DNA of 64,000 bases, taken from positions 251,488-315,487 of IMG/VR virus record IMGVR_UViG_3300027896_005002, one strand, 5' to 3'. The translations under genes were made by a program, and so were the position numbers. The notes beneath the pieces are model-generated. The model saw nothing but the letters and a program-made list of their open reading frames with translations, was not told where the DNA came from and searched no databases. Shown here in pieces: positions 38,130 to 46,498 of the stretch (positions are counted from its first letter, which is position 1; every line of letters starts with the position of its first letter). Source of the DNA: a virus.

Positions 38130-38675
38130 ATGAAAACAATAATTGTGATGTTCTTGCTTTATTTAAATATTTTTGCTGCAGTAAAGATATCTATTTCTGA
38201 TAATCCACCTGAGGATACAACAAAATATAATTTTATGCCTGAAAAACCACTTGCATTAGATAGTCTTTTAATAATTAAAACAGATTACTTCAAAGATTCA
38301 GCAAAATATAGTGATTTTAAATCAATTGCAATTAATAGTGGCGCCGTTAAAATTTGTGCAAATGATAGTTGTAATAAGGAAAAACAGATTACTATTCCTG
38401 CAGGTTTATTGATATCTGATAGAACTGCATATGAGCTTGCTTGTTATAGAATTGCTATGACAGATGTCAATAGACGACTTTTAATAGCTAAAGAAATACT
38501 TTATCATTATGATAAAAATATTAAACAAGCTCAACTAATATATAATTATCAAATTGAAGATCTTAGACAACAAGCAAAAAGATCTTGGTTTGAACAAAAC
38601 ATCAAATATATTGCTTTTATTACAGGTCTTGTAACTGCTATTGCTACGGAATTTGCAGTAATGAGAGTTAAATAG
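38130..38675 (+). CDS. Secreted / membrane-anchored protein (N-terminal signal, C-terminal TM)
   Basis: MKTIIVMFLLYLNIFAA signal-like N-terminus; C-terminal IAFITGLVTAIATEFAV hydrophobic anchor. Confidence 0.35.
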   Translation: MKTIIVMFLLYLNIFAAVKISISDNPPEDTTKYNFMPEKPLALDSLLIIKTDYFKDSAKYSDFKSIAINSGAVKICANDSCNKEKQITIPAGLLISDRTAYELACYRIAMTDVNRRLLIAKEILYHYDKNIKQAQLIYNYQIEDLRQQAKRSWFEQNIKYIAFITGLVTAIATEFAVMRVK

Positions 38676-38702
38676 ATTTGTAATGTCTCTGGTCATAAAA
38701 AA

Positions 38703-38730
38703 AAGACCGAGATCATCGGTCTTTTCTTTC
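38703..38730. terminator. Bidirectional rho-independent terminator between the convergent plus-strand islet and the vWA gene
   Basis: aagaccga gatca tcggtctt hairpin flanked by an A-run upstream and a T-run downstream. Confidence 0.55.
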
Positions 38731-38758
38731 CCCTAAGGAAATATCATATCCTTACTTT

Positions 38759-39550
38759 TTAAGTAAAGAATGAATTTGAAGTACCTACAACGGTTTGGCT
38801 TTTCCGAATGATTGACTGACTGACGAGACCCATTGATTCTCGAATATCGTGAGCAGAGCTACCGGATGTTTTAGCATTAGGAAATCCCATTGCCTTTGCA
38901 TCCGCATCACCACTTCCGAATCCGACATAGACAAAGTAGAACATTTCCGTTTTGTGGCAATCATCTACAAGCACTTTAACATCACTTGCTTTAAAATCTT
39001 GTGAATCATTGTCCTGGCCATCCGTCATTACTGCAATAATGCATTTTGTGCGAATTCCATTATCATTCAACGATTTTGCATAAACACGCATACCAGTAAT
39101 TGCACTGACAATTGTGTCAAACAATCGCGTTGAATCACCATTGGCAATATATTGACTGCCAATTTTGCCGATGTCGCCGACCTTTTTGAAACCGTATAAA
39201 ATGTCTTCCTTTGTGGCAAACGTCCTGGTACTTACAAGCATTGAATCTGCTTGTTTTGATTTCCTCATTGCATCGATGACCAATTCGTCAAATGAATCAC
39301 GAACCGTTAATTCATTGCCTTTCATTGAAAATGACGCATCCAATATAAGAGATGCAATTGTTACTGTGTCTGTCACCAGATCTTCAGCACCAACGCCCGT
39401 GCAACCTATTATATTGGTGTCATCCAAACTGTTAATCATCACATTTCCAGCCAATGAATTAATTGGATTGACAGCAGATGCACTTGCACTCTGAATAAGG
39501 TTTTGTATTGTAGATAAGTCTACTACCGGATTATTTTGGCTTCCAGCCAT
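38759..39550 (-). CDS. von Willebrand factor A (vWA) domain protein (TerY-like)
   Basis: MIDAS motif LILDASFSMKG (DxSxS) and downstream AVMTDGQDND (TDG). Visibly higher GC than neighbours. Confidence 0.65.
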   Translation of the reverse strand: MAGSQNNPVVDLSTIQNLIQSASASAVNPINSLAGNVMINSLDDTNIIGCTGVGAEDLVTDTVTIASLILDASFSMKGNELTVRDSFDELVIDAMRKSKQADSMLVSTRTFATKEDILYGFKKVGDIGKIGSQYIANGDSTRLFDTIVSAITGMRVYAKSLNDNGIRTKCIIAVMTDGQDNDSQDFKASDVKVLVDDCHKTEMFYFVYVGFGSGDADAKAMGFPNAKTSGSSAHDIRESMGLVSQSIIRKSQTVVGTSNSFFT

Positions 39551-39571
39551 AATGTTTTATCCTTTCTTTTT

Positions 39572-40528
39572 TTAAAACTGAAAATCCGTGCTTTTCATAA
39601 TGTTCATTCCGGCCTTTTTGAATTTTTTGAATTCATTTTGTGTGATGGCTTCAAAATCCACTAGAGGATGTTTAACCGAACTCATACAATCCTCGAAAAT
39701 GAATACCTTTTTCAAAACATCCGGATCTTTTACGACAACGGCAAAGTAGTCGTAGATTTGCAATTCAGTTTCCAACACGCAATGGCTCTTTGCCTGGCCC
39801 ATGATGATGACCTTGTCGTGTTTCATCAACAGATTCAAGAAATCCGTATTGAATCCGCCTTGTTTGTGCTTTGCAATCGGTACTTCGGGCTTCAGAATAC
39901 CGTACATTTCTGATTGTGGAATGAGACCTTTTTGCAAGAAGTTGAGTTGGGATTTTCTTGCAAAAGCATGGAACGCAAGAATTTCAAACAGAGAAGGATC
40001 CATTGCATTGCCGGGCGTTCCAAGCATTGTATGATAAGGCCACAACATCAGTTTCTTTTGGGAATTTCTTTCCAATGTTGCTTCATACTCGATACTGCCT
40101 ACCGGATCGATGATTGCCTGAAAATCACCTTTATCCATTAACTTTTTCTCAAGTATGGAATAAATATCCGGTTTTTGCTGTTTCAGTGTCCTCCACCATG
40201 ACCGGTAGAAGATCTGGAAAATAAGATGGGTGTCCAAAGAAGCGAAGATCGTCGTTATTCTATCCATATTTGTCAGGATAAAAGTAATTGCTCGACGAAT
40301 ATCTTCTTCAGCTCCATCAACATATAGTGATCCATCCTTGTGACAAAAATCGATTTGCATATCGATGATCATCAATGCAATCTTCTCTTTGTCTGTTACC
40401 GATGCCGGAATGGACATTGCATCGGCTTCCTGTTCAACAATTCCGACTCCAGCCGGATTTTTGTACAACCGAGGTAGAAACAGTGTTCCTACTTTTGCTG
40501 GATCATAAAACGACGGCTTAAATGTCAT
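39572..40528 (-). CDS. Isochorismatase-family cysteine hydrolase (candidate nicotinamidase PncA-like)
   Basis: ALMIIDMQIDFC...GSLYVDGAE (catalytic Asp context) and IMGQAKSHCVLETE (catalytic Cys context GxxxxxCVxxT). Confidence 0.6.
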   Translation of the reverse strand: MTFKPSFYDPAKVGTLFLPRLYKNPAGVGIVEQEADAMSIPASVTDKEKIALMIIDMQIDFCHKDGSLYVDGAEEDIRRAITFILTNMDRITTIFASLDTHLIFQIFYRSWWRTLKQQKPDIYSILEKKLMDKGDFQAIIDPVGSIEYEATLERNSQKKLMLWPYHTMLGTPGNAMDPSLFEILAFHAFARKSQLNFLQKGLIPQSEMYGILKPEVPIAKHKQGGFNTDFLNLLMKHDKVIIMGQAKSHCVLETELQIYDYFAVVVKDPDVLKKVFIFEDCMSSVKHPLVDFEAITQNEFKKFKKAGMNIMKSTDFQF

Positions 40529-40579
40529 ATACTCCTCCTTCTAAAATTATGTTATTATAATCAATCAGACAGTCATAGA

Positions 40580-42439
40580 TCAACTTAATTCTAAGTAAAT
40601 AATTTTATTTGTTAAAATAGATAAAATTCCTTGTGTGTATAACATCAACTGACTTGAATCATTTACATAGCTAGCAGTCGATGCTTTTACTGATACATTA
40701 CCATGCTTTTCAATAGCAATACCTGAATCAGTAGGATGAATTAAATTAGATCCTGCAAACGTTTTTCCATAAATATTAGACAATAATTCTGAACTTATTG
40801 ATTCTTCAGATTTTGTTTCCAATATTTTTCCCTTATCATCGATAATATGCCAATGAGAATATGTCCGACCATTATGTATATTCTTCCGTAATAAAAGAAC
40901 ACTATTAACAGAAGTAATTACATCCATATCTATAACCTGACCTGGTAAATCCGGCAACTTAATCTCATAACGAACAGTTGGAGTAAAAATAAAAAATTGA
41001 TATTTTTCAAATATTCGATAAAAACCAAAATTAAGATATTTTCCTGCTTGAATCCACGTTTGATTCTCTATTGATGACATTATATCTGTTTCAATGAAAT
41101 TGTTTCCACCAACAATTGAACCTCTCATTATTGTATTATTAGTCAATCTATAAAAACCATCATTATCACAAGTAATTACTGGTTCATTCCTGTACAACAT
41201 TGTTGATGTACTACCAACATGCTTAATGCTTTTATTGCTAACATCAAATATTAATACTTTAGTGTTTTGAGCAACTACAAGATAATGTAGTAAAAAGTAT
41301 TCATATCTGAAATCCTTTTGAAATCCTTGCCACAAAGTAATTGTGTTTTCAGAATTTTTTGTAACTAATGATAAATTAGTATTTTTGCCATCATAACTTA
41401 TAACAACAATTGTATCATTAATCACTTTAGTAAATAGAATTGTTCCTTCAATTTGAAATAATGTAGAAGCCACACATTGCTCTTTTCCAACCTGTTTTGT
41501 CATTTTTACTTTTGACAAATTTGCAGTAATTTGAGGTGTAACTTGCATACACTGCGGACAGGTACCTCTAGAATTATGATAAAATGTTTTACAAGCGCTA
41601 CATTCAATGAATGAATTTTGCAATGATTGAAGTAAAGTAATGGGTAAATTTGGTCGTTGACCATGACAGAAAATTTCTGAAAAATATGTTAAAAGTTCAT
41701 CACTTATAGTTTCAGGTTTTTTTCCCATTACAGGATAAGTAACACTCTTGTCAAAAACCCAGACATTATTTTGTGCTCGTGTAAACAATGTTTTATGTTG
41801 TTGTTGAATTCCACCATAAGGATGAACAAAGAATAAACTTTTGAAAAGTATTACAGCAAAAGAATACCAATCTGTTTGCTGTGTAAACATTGGCTTTTTT
41901 GTCAAATCAACACCATATAAACTAGGATCAATAAAATCTTCTGTTCCAACTATACATGGATAACTGTCAAATTGAAATGAATCAACATCTATATAAATCG
42001 GTACATAAGTAGTAATATCGAATAATATATTAAGATCGTTAAAATCACCAACAATTATACCTAAATCATGAATTGAATCCAAAGTTGTTTTTGTTTGAGT
42101 AAAACAATCCACAACATGATTAGTAGTTATTTGCTGTACGCTTCGAAATTTTGTAACCGATAAATTTCTAATATCTTTGCAATTATCTGCAATACCCATT
42201 GCAAAACCAATAACTTTATTTCTATTATCATATAAATTGTCGATCGGCGCCATTACATTGACTGGAAAAGCAAATCTATGTGATAAAAAATCCTGTAGTT
42301 TTTTTGCTCTTTCCGCTGTAGGTTGATGATAAATTTTAAACGCAACATTACCATGAACTACAATGTTTGCCTCACCACCACTACCGATACTCTTTTTAGG
42401 ATCAATAGTAATTGGTGTACCTTGATAAATTACTTGCAT
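40580..42439 (-). CDS. Eukaryotic-like Ser/Thr protein kinase domain with large C-terminal zinc-ribbon and repeat region
   Basis: Gly-rich loop IGSGGEANIV, Lys in VAFKIY, catalytic loop IHDLGIIVGDFNDLNILF (HxDxxxxN), DFG-like YIDVDSF; C-terminal CSACK...CPQC. Confidence 0.65.
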   Translation of the reverse strand: MQVIYQGTPITIDPKKSIGSGGEANIVVHGNVAFKIYHQPTAERAKKLQDFLSHRFAFPVNVMAPIDNLYDNRNKVIGFAMGIADNCKDIRNLSVTKFRSVQQITTNHVVDCFTQTKTTLDSIHDLGIIVGDFNDLNILFDITTYVPIYIDVDSFQFDSYPCIVGTEDFIDPSLYGVDLTKKPMFTQQTDWYSFAVILFKSLFFVHPYGGIQQQHKTLFTRAQNNVWVFDKSVTYPVMGKKPETISDELLTYFSEIFCHGQRPNLPITLLQSLQNSFIECSACKTFYHNSRGTCPQCMQVTPQITANLSKVKMTKQVGKEQCVASTLFQIEGTILFTKVINDTIVVISYDGKNTNLSLVTKNSENTITLWQGFQKDFRYEYFLLHYLVVAQNTKVLIFDVSNKSIKHVGSTSTMLYRNEPVITCDNDGFYRLTNNTIMRGSIVGGNNFIETDIMSSIENQTWIQAGKYLNFGFYRIFEKYQFFIFTPTVRYEIKLPDLPGQVIDMDVITSVNSVLLLRKNIHNGRTYSHWHIIDDKGKILETKSEESISSELLSNIYGKTFAGSNLIHPTDSGIAIEKHGNVSVKASTASYVNDSSQLMLYTQGILSILTNKIIYLELS

Positions 42440-43261
42440 TTAATTGACCTCTATATTTGTAAGCTTTTCTGCACAACTTGCACAAACATTACATATTTCC
42501 TTTGCATCATTTGTTAATAGACTATTACATGTTGCACATAATGTTTCAAAAATCACACAGCACACATCATCATTAAATAACTTTTCATTTTGCCATACAT
42601 TAATTCTACGTTGTAATTGTCGCCCTTTAGTACCATACAAATCACTTATATGATACTTATCATGATTTATAAGTGGTGTCAGTCCGTCAGAACCGATAAT
42701 TAATCTTTTGACGTTTACAGTTAAGTAATTTCTTATTTCTATACCACTTAATTTTGTTCTGGATTGTGTAAGATATTTATCAGGTATATTTCCATATGCA
42801 AGATAATGAGGACTATTATCTTGATCAAATTTGATGACATCATTATTGATAACTATTACACCATCACCACAACGACCTATAAGAGTATTTATATCATCAA
42901 TAATAAAAAAGATGAACGTTGCAAGTAGATTATTTTTAATAAAATCAACTTGTTCTGATATATCAAAAATCATTAAATTTCTTAGGAATTCATCAATATA
43001 AGTATAAACACTATGCGTTAAAATTGCAGCTAAATCTGATTTAATTTGTTGTTGCGCATTAAGTTGTTGTAATTTTTTTAAAATAAATGTTCCTAACAAA
43101 TTAGCTCCAATTTCAGAATTTGTTCCTTCTGAACAACCATCACAAATAATACCATAAATAGTATTATTTGCTGTAGCTATTTTGCAAAAATCCTGCAAAT
43201 TTTTTCTTTCAAAAATATGATCATGACCAATATGAATTGCACTATTTAAAGAAAAAATCAT
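42440..43261 (-). CDS. PP2C-family Ser/Thr protein phosphatase
   Basis: ICDGCSEGTNSEIGANL (PP2C DGxGG...G..AS region) and IIGSDGLTPLI (PP2C xxSDGL motif). Start placed at the internal Met MIFSLNS (43261) because the longer track ORF overlaps the upstream gene by 95 nt. Confidence 0.6.
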   Translation of the reverse strand: MIFSLNSAIHIGHDHIFERKNLQDFCKIATANNTIYGIICDGCSEGTNSEIGANLLGTFILKKLQQLNAQQQIKSDLAAILTHSVYTYIDEFLRNLMIFDISEQVDFIKNNLLATFIFFIIDDINTLIGRCGDGVIVINNDVIKFDQDNSPHYLAYGNIPDKYLTQSRTKLSGIEIRNYLTVNVKRLIIGSDGLTPLINHDKYHISDLYGTKGRQLQRRINVWQNEKLFNDDVCCVIFETLCATCNSLLTNDAKEICNVCASCAEKLTNIEVN

Positions 43262-43322
43262 TATATTCTCCGGGTTAAAACGAAAAGTCCAGATTTTATA
43301 CTGGACTTTTCTTAAAAATGGA

Positions 43323-44129
43323 TTATGCTGCTTTTGCTTTTGCTTTATCCTTCGCCATATATCGTTGCATCCTAACGGCAACATCCTTAATACCATAAAT
43401 GTCCAATTGAAAATCATTCAATAATTCAACTGGATCGATGCCTAAAATGGCAACAGTATAAAGTATTGATGGCATAATAGTGCCGATGTCTTTTATGTAA
43501 AAATCAATATTGTTTTGGCCGTAAAATTGACGTTTAATGTCTTCTTCCATTTTACCAGTTCGCATAAAAGCCAAAGAACACCACGCCACATGATTTCCAT
43601 GAAGAATCGACATCATTTCTATCGAATTAACGTTCTTTATGGCAACTATCAACATGTCAATGACATCCTGTTCGGAATATAGAATGCTTGACTTATTGCA
43701 AAGAAAAGCACTTATACTTTTTGCCAATGACATTGTTGTTGCCTGATTACTTACTTTTGCACCATGCGGCAATTCATCGAATGTGACAAAATTGGGATTA
43801 AACACTTTGTCTGCGGGATTTGCATCGGTTGAAATTCCTAATTGTAATCTTGCTTCAGGCGACAGGTCCTTTACATAAACTGCATTTTGTTCTTTGCCAG
43901 TAAATGTATAGGATTTCATTCCTGCACCTGCATAATCAATTTTGAGAGTTTTTCCTACCGGAAAAAAACCCTTAAATGGATTATGTAGATCATCCATTTT
44001 AGCTTTTTGTCCTTCATACCAAATATCATGAGGACAACGAGCCGGAATATCAACCGTCTCTAACAAATACAAATAAACTGCACTACCACTGCCAGGTATA
44101 GTGGTAGGTTTATCAATCGGATACCTCAT
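43323..44129 (-). CDS. Hypothetical protein adjacent to phosphatase
   Basis: 268 aa, Lys/Ala-rich C-terminal tail (KDKAKAKAA); no family recognised. Confidence 0.3.
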   Translation of the reverse strand: MRYPIDKPTTIPGSGSAVYLYLLETVDIPARCPHDIWYEGQKAKMDDLHNPFKGFFPVGKTLKIDYAGAGMKSYTFTGKEQNAVYVKDLSPEARLQLGISTDANPADKVFNPNFVTFDELPHGAKVSNQATTMSLAKSISAFLCNKSSILYSEQDVIDMLIVAIKNVNSIEMMSILHGNHVAWCSLAFMRTGKMEEDIKRQFYGQNNIDFYIKDIGTIMPSILYTVAILGIDPVELLNDFQLDIYGIKDVAVRMQRYMAKDKAKAKAA

Positions 44130-44147
44130 ACTTAATCTCCTTTCTTT

Positions 44148-44816
44148 CTACTTTATGATTTCACCTGTTTTGTAAGACCAAAACAATATGTCTAAGTGGT
44201 CAATATTTATATCAATTTGATTTGCAAAGTTCATCATACGTCGCTCAATCTCAATGTATTCTTTACCATTTCTTGGCTTTGAAACTTTGACTTTAAATAA
44301 ATTTAACATAGAAATGATATGTTTATCTAAAATAGCAAAGCCTTGATATCCTACATTTCGTAAAAAATGACTACTTTCTTTAAAACCTATTCCTAAAATG
44401 TTTAATTTAAGAAATTCACGAAGAGCAAATTGATCATTAATGATTTCAAATATTCGGAATAAATTTAATCCAAAACTACGTTGAAGATAATCTCTAGATT
44501 CAATTATATATTTTGCTCTTACGTTTGGAAATCGATGGTTATGTTTTAATTTATTTTTGATGGTTTCTTCATTATCGGTTATAATAGTGTCACCGAGAAT
44601 ATCAATACATCTTAGCGCCATTTTTGCACTGGCATTTGCGGTAAGAATACAAAAAACTAATTCTTTGAAAAGTGCTAACCTATCGCCACTAGAACCAATT
44701 GCTTGGAATTCACTTAGTCGATGTTCAATTTGAGGCTGGATAAGATTATAATAATCTTTTAGACTACTTATAGAATCAATTACTTTTGAATTATCAACTT
44801 TTATAATGTCGATCAC
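44148..44816 (-). CDS. HhH-GPD DNA glycosylase, Ogg2-like (8-oxoguanine DNA glycosylase / AP lyase)
   Basis: ELVFCILTANASAK and ILGIGFKESSHFLRNVGYQGFAILDKHI match the Ogg2 signature (GxGxKxASHFLRNxGxxDxAIxDRHI) with the catalytic Lys and Asp. Confidence 0.55.
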   Translation of the reverse strand: MIDIIKVDNSKVIDSISSLKDYYNLIQPQIEHRLSEFQAIGSSGDRLALFKELVFCILTANASAKMALRCIDILGDTIITDNEETIKNKLKHNHRFPNVRAKYIIESRDYLQRSFGLNLFRIFEIINDQFALREFLKLNILGIGFKESSHFLRNVGYQGFAILDKHIISMLNLFKVKVSKPRNGKEYIEIERRMMNFANQIDINIDHLDILFWSYKTGEIIK

Positions 44817-45622
44817 AACAAATTTGTAACTTCTCTAACAAAATGTTGAAAATCAGATCGTTCTCTGATTTTAGGATCCCAAGCCATGCCCATTTCCTTA
44901 AGATCATATTGCTTGGTAATTGTTGCCCCTTCTTTATCTGGTTCTTTAGCCAATAACCAAACTGTATCTGCAATAGCCATTGCACTTTCAAGATCATGAC
45001 TAACCAAAATCAATGTATTATATTCGTTTAACACGGAAATCTTGAGTAATAATTCAATCACTTTGTCTTTCATCAATGTATCTAAACCAGAAAACGGCTC
45101 ATCCAAAAGAATGAATTTATTATCCGTCAGAATTTGCTGAATAATGCTTACGCGTTGTTTTTGTCCGCCCGAAAGTTGTGCAGGATATTTATTTAATTGT
45201 TCTGAAAGACCAAAATCAGTAGCATATTTACGTATTATAGAATCAGCAGTTGTACTATCGTATTTTTTTCCACAATGAGACAATCCTCTTTTGAGATTGT
45301 TGTAAATTGTTCTGTGATCAAAAAGTATATAATTTTGTGGAATAATACCCACTTCGCCTGGAGTAACTAAATGCTGATCTTCTGTTATAAGAACGCGACC
45401 TGTTGTTGGCCTCATTAATCCAGAAAGAATTTTAAATAATTGAGTTTTTCCCAAACCACTGCGACCAACAAGAGCAACGACTTGTCCTTGATCAACATTG
45501 GCTCGAACCACATCCCTAATTTCAAAATTGATGTCACGGAGAATTTGACGACCCGTATATTGAAGGCTAACATCTTTTGCCGACAACAGAACATTTTTTA
45601 ATTGGTAATCTATTTTATTCAT
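44813..45622 (-). CDS. ABC transporter ATP-binding protein
   Basis: Walker A GRSGLGKTQ, ABC signature LSGGQKQRV, Walker B ILLDEPFSGLD. Start placed at Met 45622 (ATGA overlap with the permease stop) instead of the track start 45670. Confidence 0.8.
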   Translation of the reverse strand: MNKIDYQLKNVLLSAKDVSLQYTGRQILRDINFEIRDVVRANVDQGQVVALVGRSGLGKTQLFKILSGLMRPTTGRVLITEDQHLVTPGEVGIIPQNYILFDHRTIYNNLKRGLSHCGKKYDSTTADSIIRKYATDFGLSEQLNKYPAQLSGGQKQRVSIIQQILTDNKFILLDEPFSGLDTLMKDKVIELLLKISVLNEYNTLILVSHDLESAMAIADTVWLLAKEPDKEGATITKQYDLKEMGMAWDPKIRERSDFQHFVREVTNLL

Positions 45623-46488
45623 TTGTTCACCTGTAATGTTGAATAAAGAAATAAACAACGACGTAACCATCTTAAACTTATGTCAATTAAAACACCAAAA
45701 AAGAATATAATCATAAGAACCGCAAACACTCTTGGTAAATTCAAAATCTTATTGGCCTTTATGATCATTGTGCCTAAACCACCTTCTGCCATACTTAAAC
45801 CTTCAACCATTGTAATCATTAACCAAGATATTGCAAAGTTTTGTCGAATGACTTCAACAACCATATCAAGTTGTCCCAAAATAATTACTTCATATAATGT
45901 TTCATATTTACCAAAGCGAAGTGTTTTACATAAATCATATTGTTGATTGTTAATTTGTGCCAAAATTGATGTTAATGAAGTAATAAAAAATGGTACAATA
46001 CCAAAAATCAAAAGACTGATTTTTAATTGACTCGTATCTTTTGACATCAAAGTAAATAGGAATATTAAACCATTAAGTGTTAAATATCGACATTGAGTCA
46101 TAAAATTTGTAATTGGTCGAATTATAGGAATGACTGATGCATATGTAAATATTAATGCAATTACCATTGAATAAAGCATTGCTTTAATTGTTAGCATCAA
46201 ACTGCTAAACAAATTATCAATGAAGCCTTGTTCAGTGACAATTGCAGCAATATTCTGAGCCACAATAAATGGTCCAGGTATTAAACTTTCTTTGCCGCAA
46301 ATTAAATGCCAACAAAGAAAAGCTAATATTACTTCAAAAACAATAACAATAGTTTTTGCTCGTTTTGGAAGTGTCGCAAAAGGTTCAAACATTGGAATTT
46401 TCATTTTTATTTTTCCCTTAAAAAAGAAAGACTTGGAAAATGTAAAGAGATCAACCACGCCAGTAGCCAAGCCTCTAAACATCTCCAA
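45619..46488 (-). CDS. ABC transporter permease
   Basis: 289 aa with multiple hydrophobic helices, directly upstream of the ATPase and downstream of the binding protein. Confidence 0.6.
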   Translation of the reverse strand: MEMFRGLATGVVDLFTFSKSFFFKGKIKMKIPMFEPFATLPKRAKTIVIVFEVILAFLCWHLICGKESLIPGPFIVAQNIAAIVTEQGFIDNLFSSLMLTIKAMLYSMVIALIFTYASVIPIIRPITNFMTQCRYLTLNGLIFLFTLMSKDTSQLKISLLIFGIVPFFITSLTSILAQINNQQYDLCKTLRFGKYETLYEVIILGQLDMVVEVIRQNFAISWLMITMVEGLSMAEGGLGTMIIKANKILNLPRVFAVLMIIFFFGVLIDISLRWLRRCLFLYSTLQVNK

Positions 46489-46498
46489 GTCCTATTAA

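Noticed and set aside
21326-39760. Recurring gtcgtagattt(g/t) motif (21326, 28954, 39745) as a regulatory element
   Set aside because: Two of the three occurrences lie inside coding sequence in different frames. There are too few copies and no consistent position relative to gene starts; likely chance.
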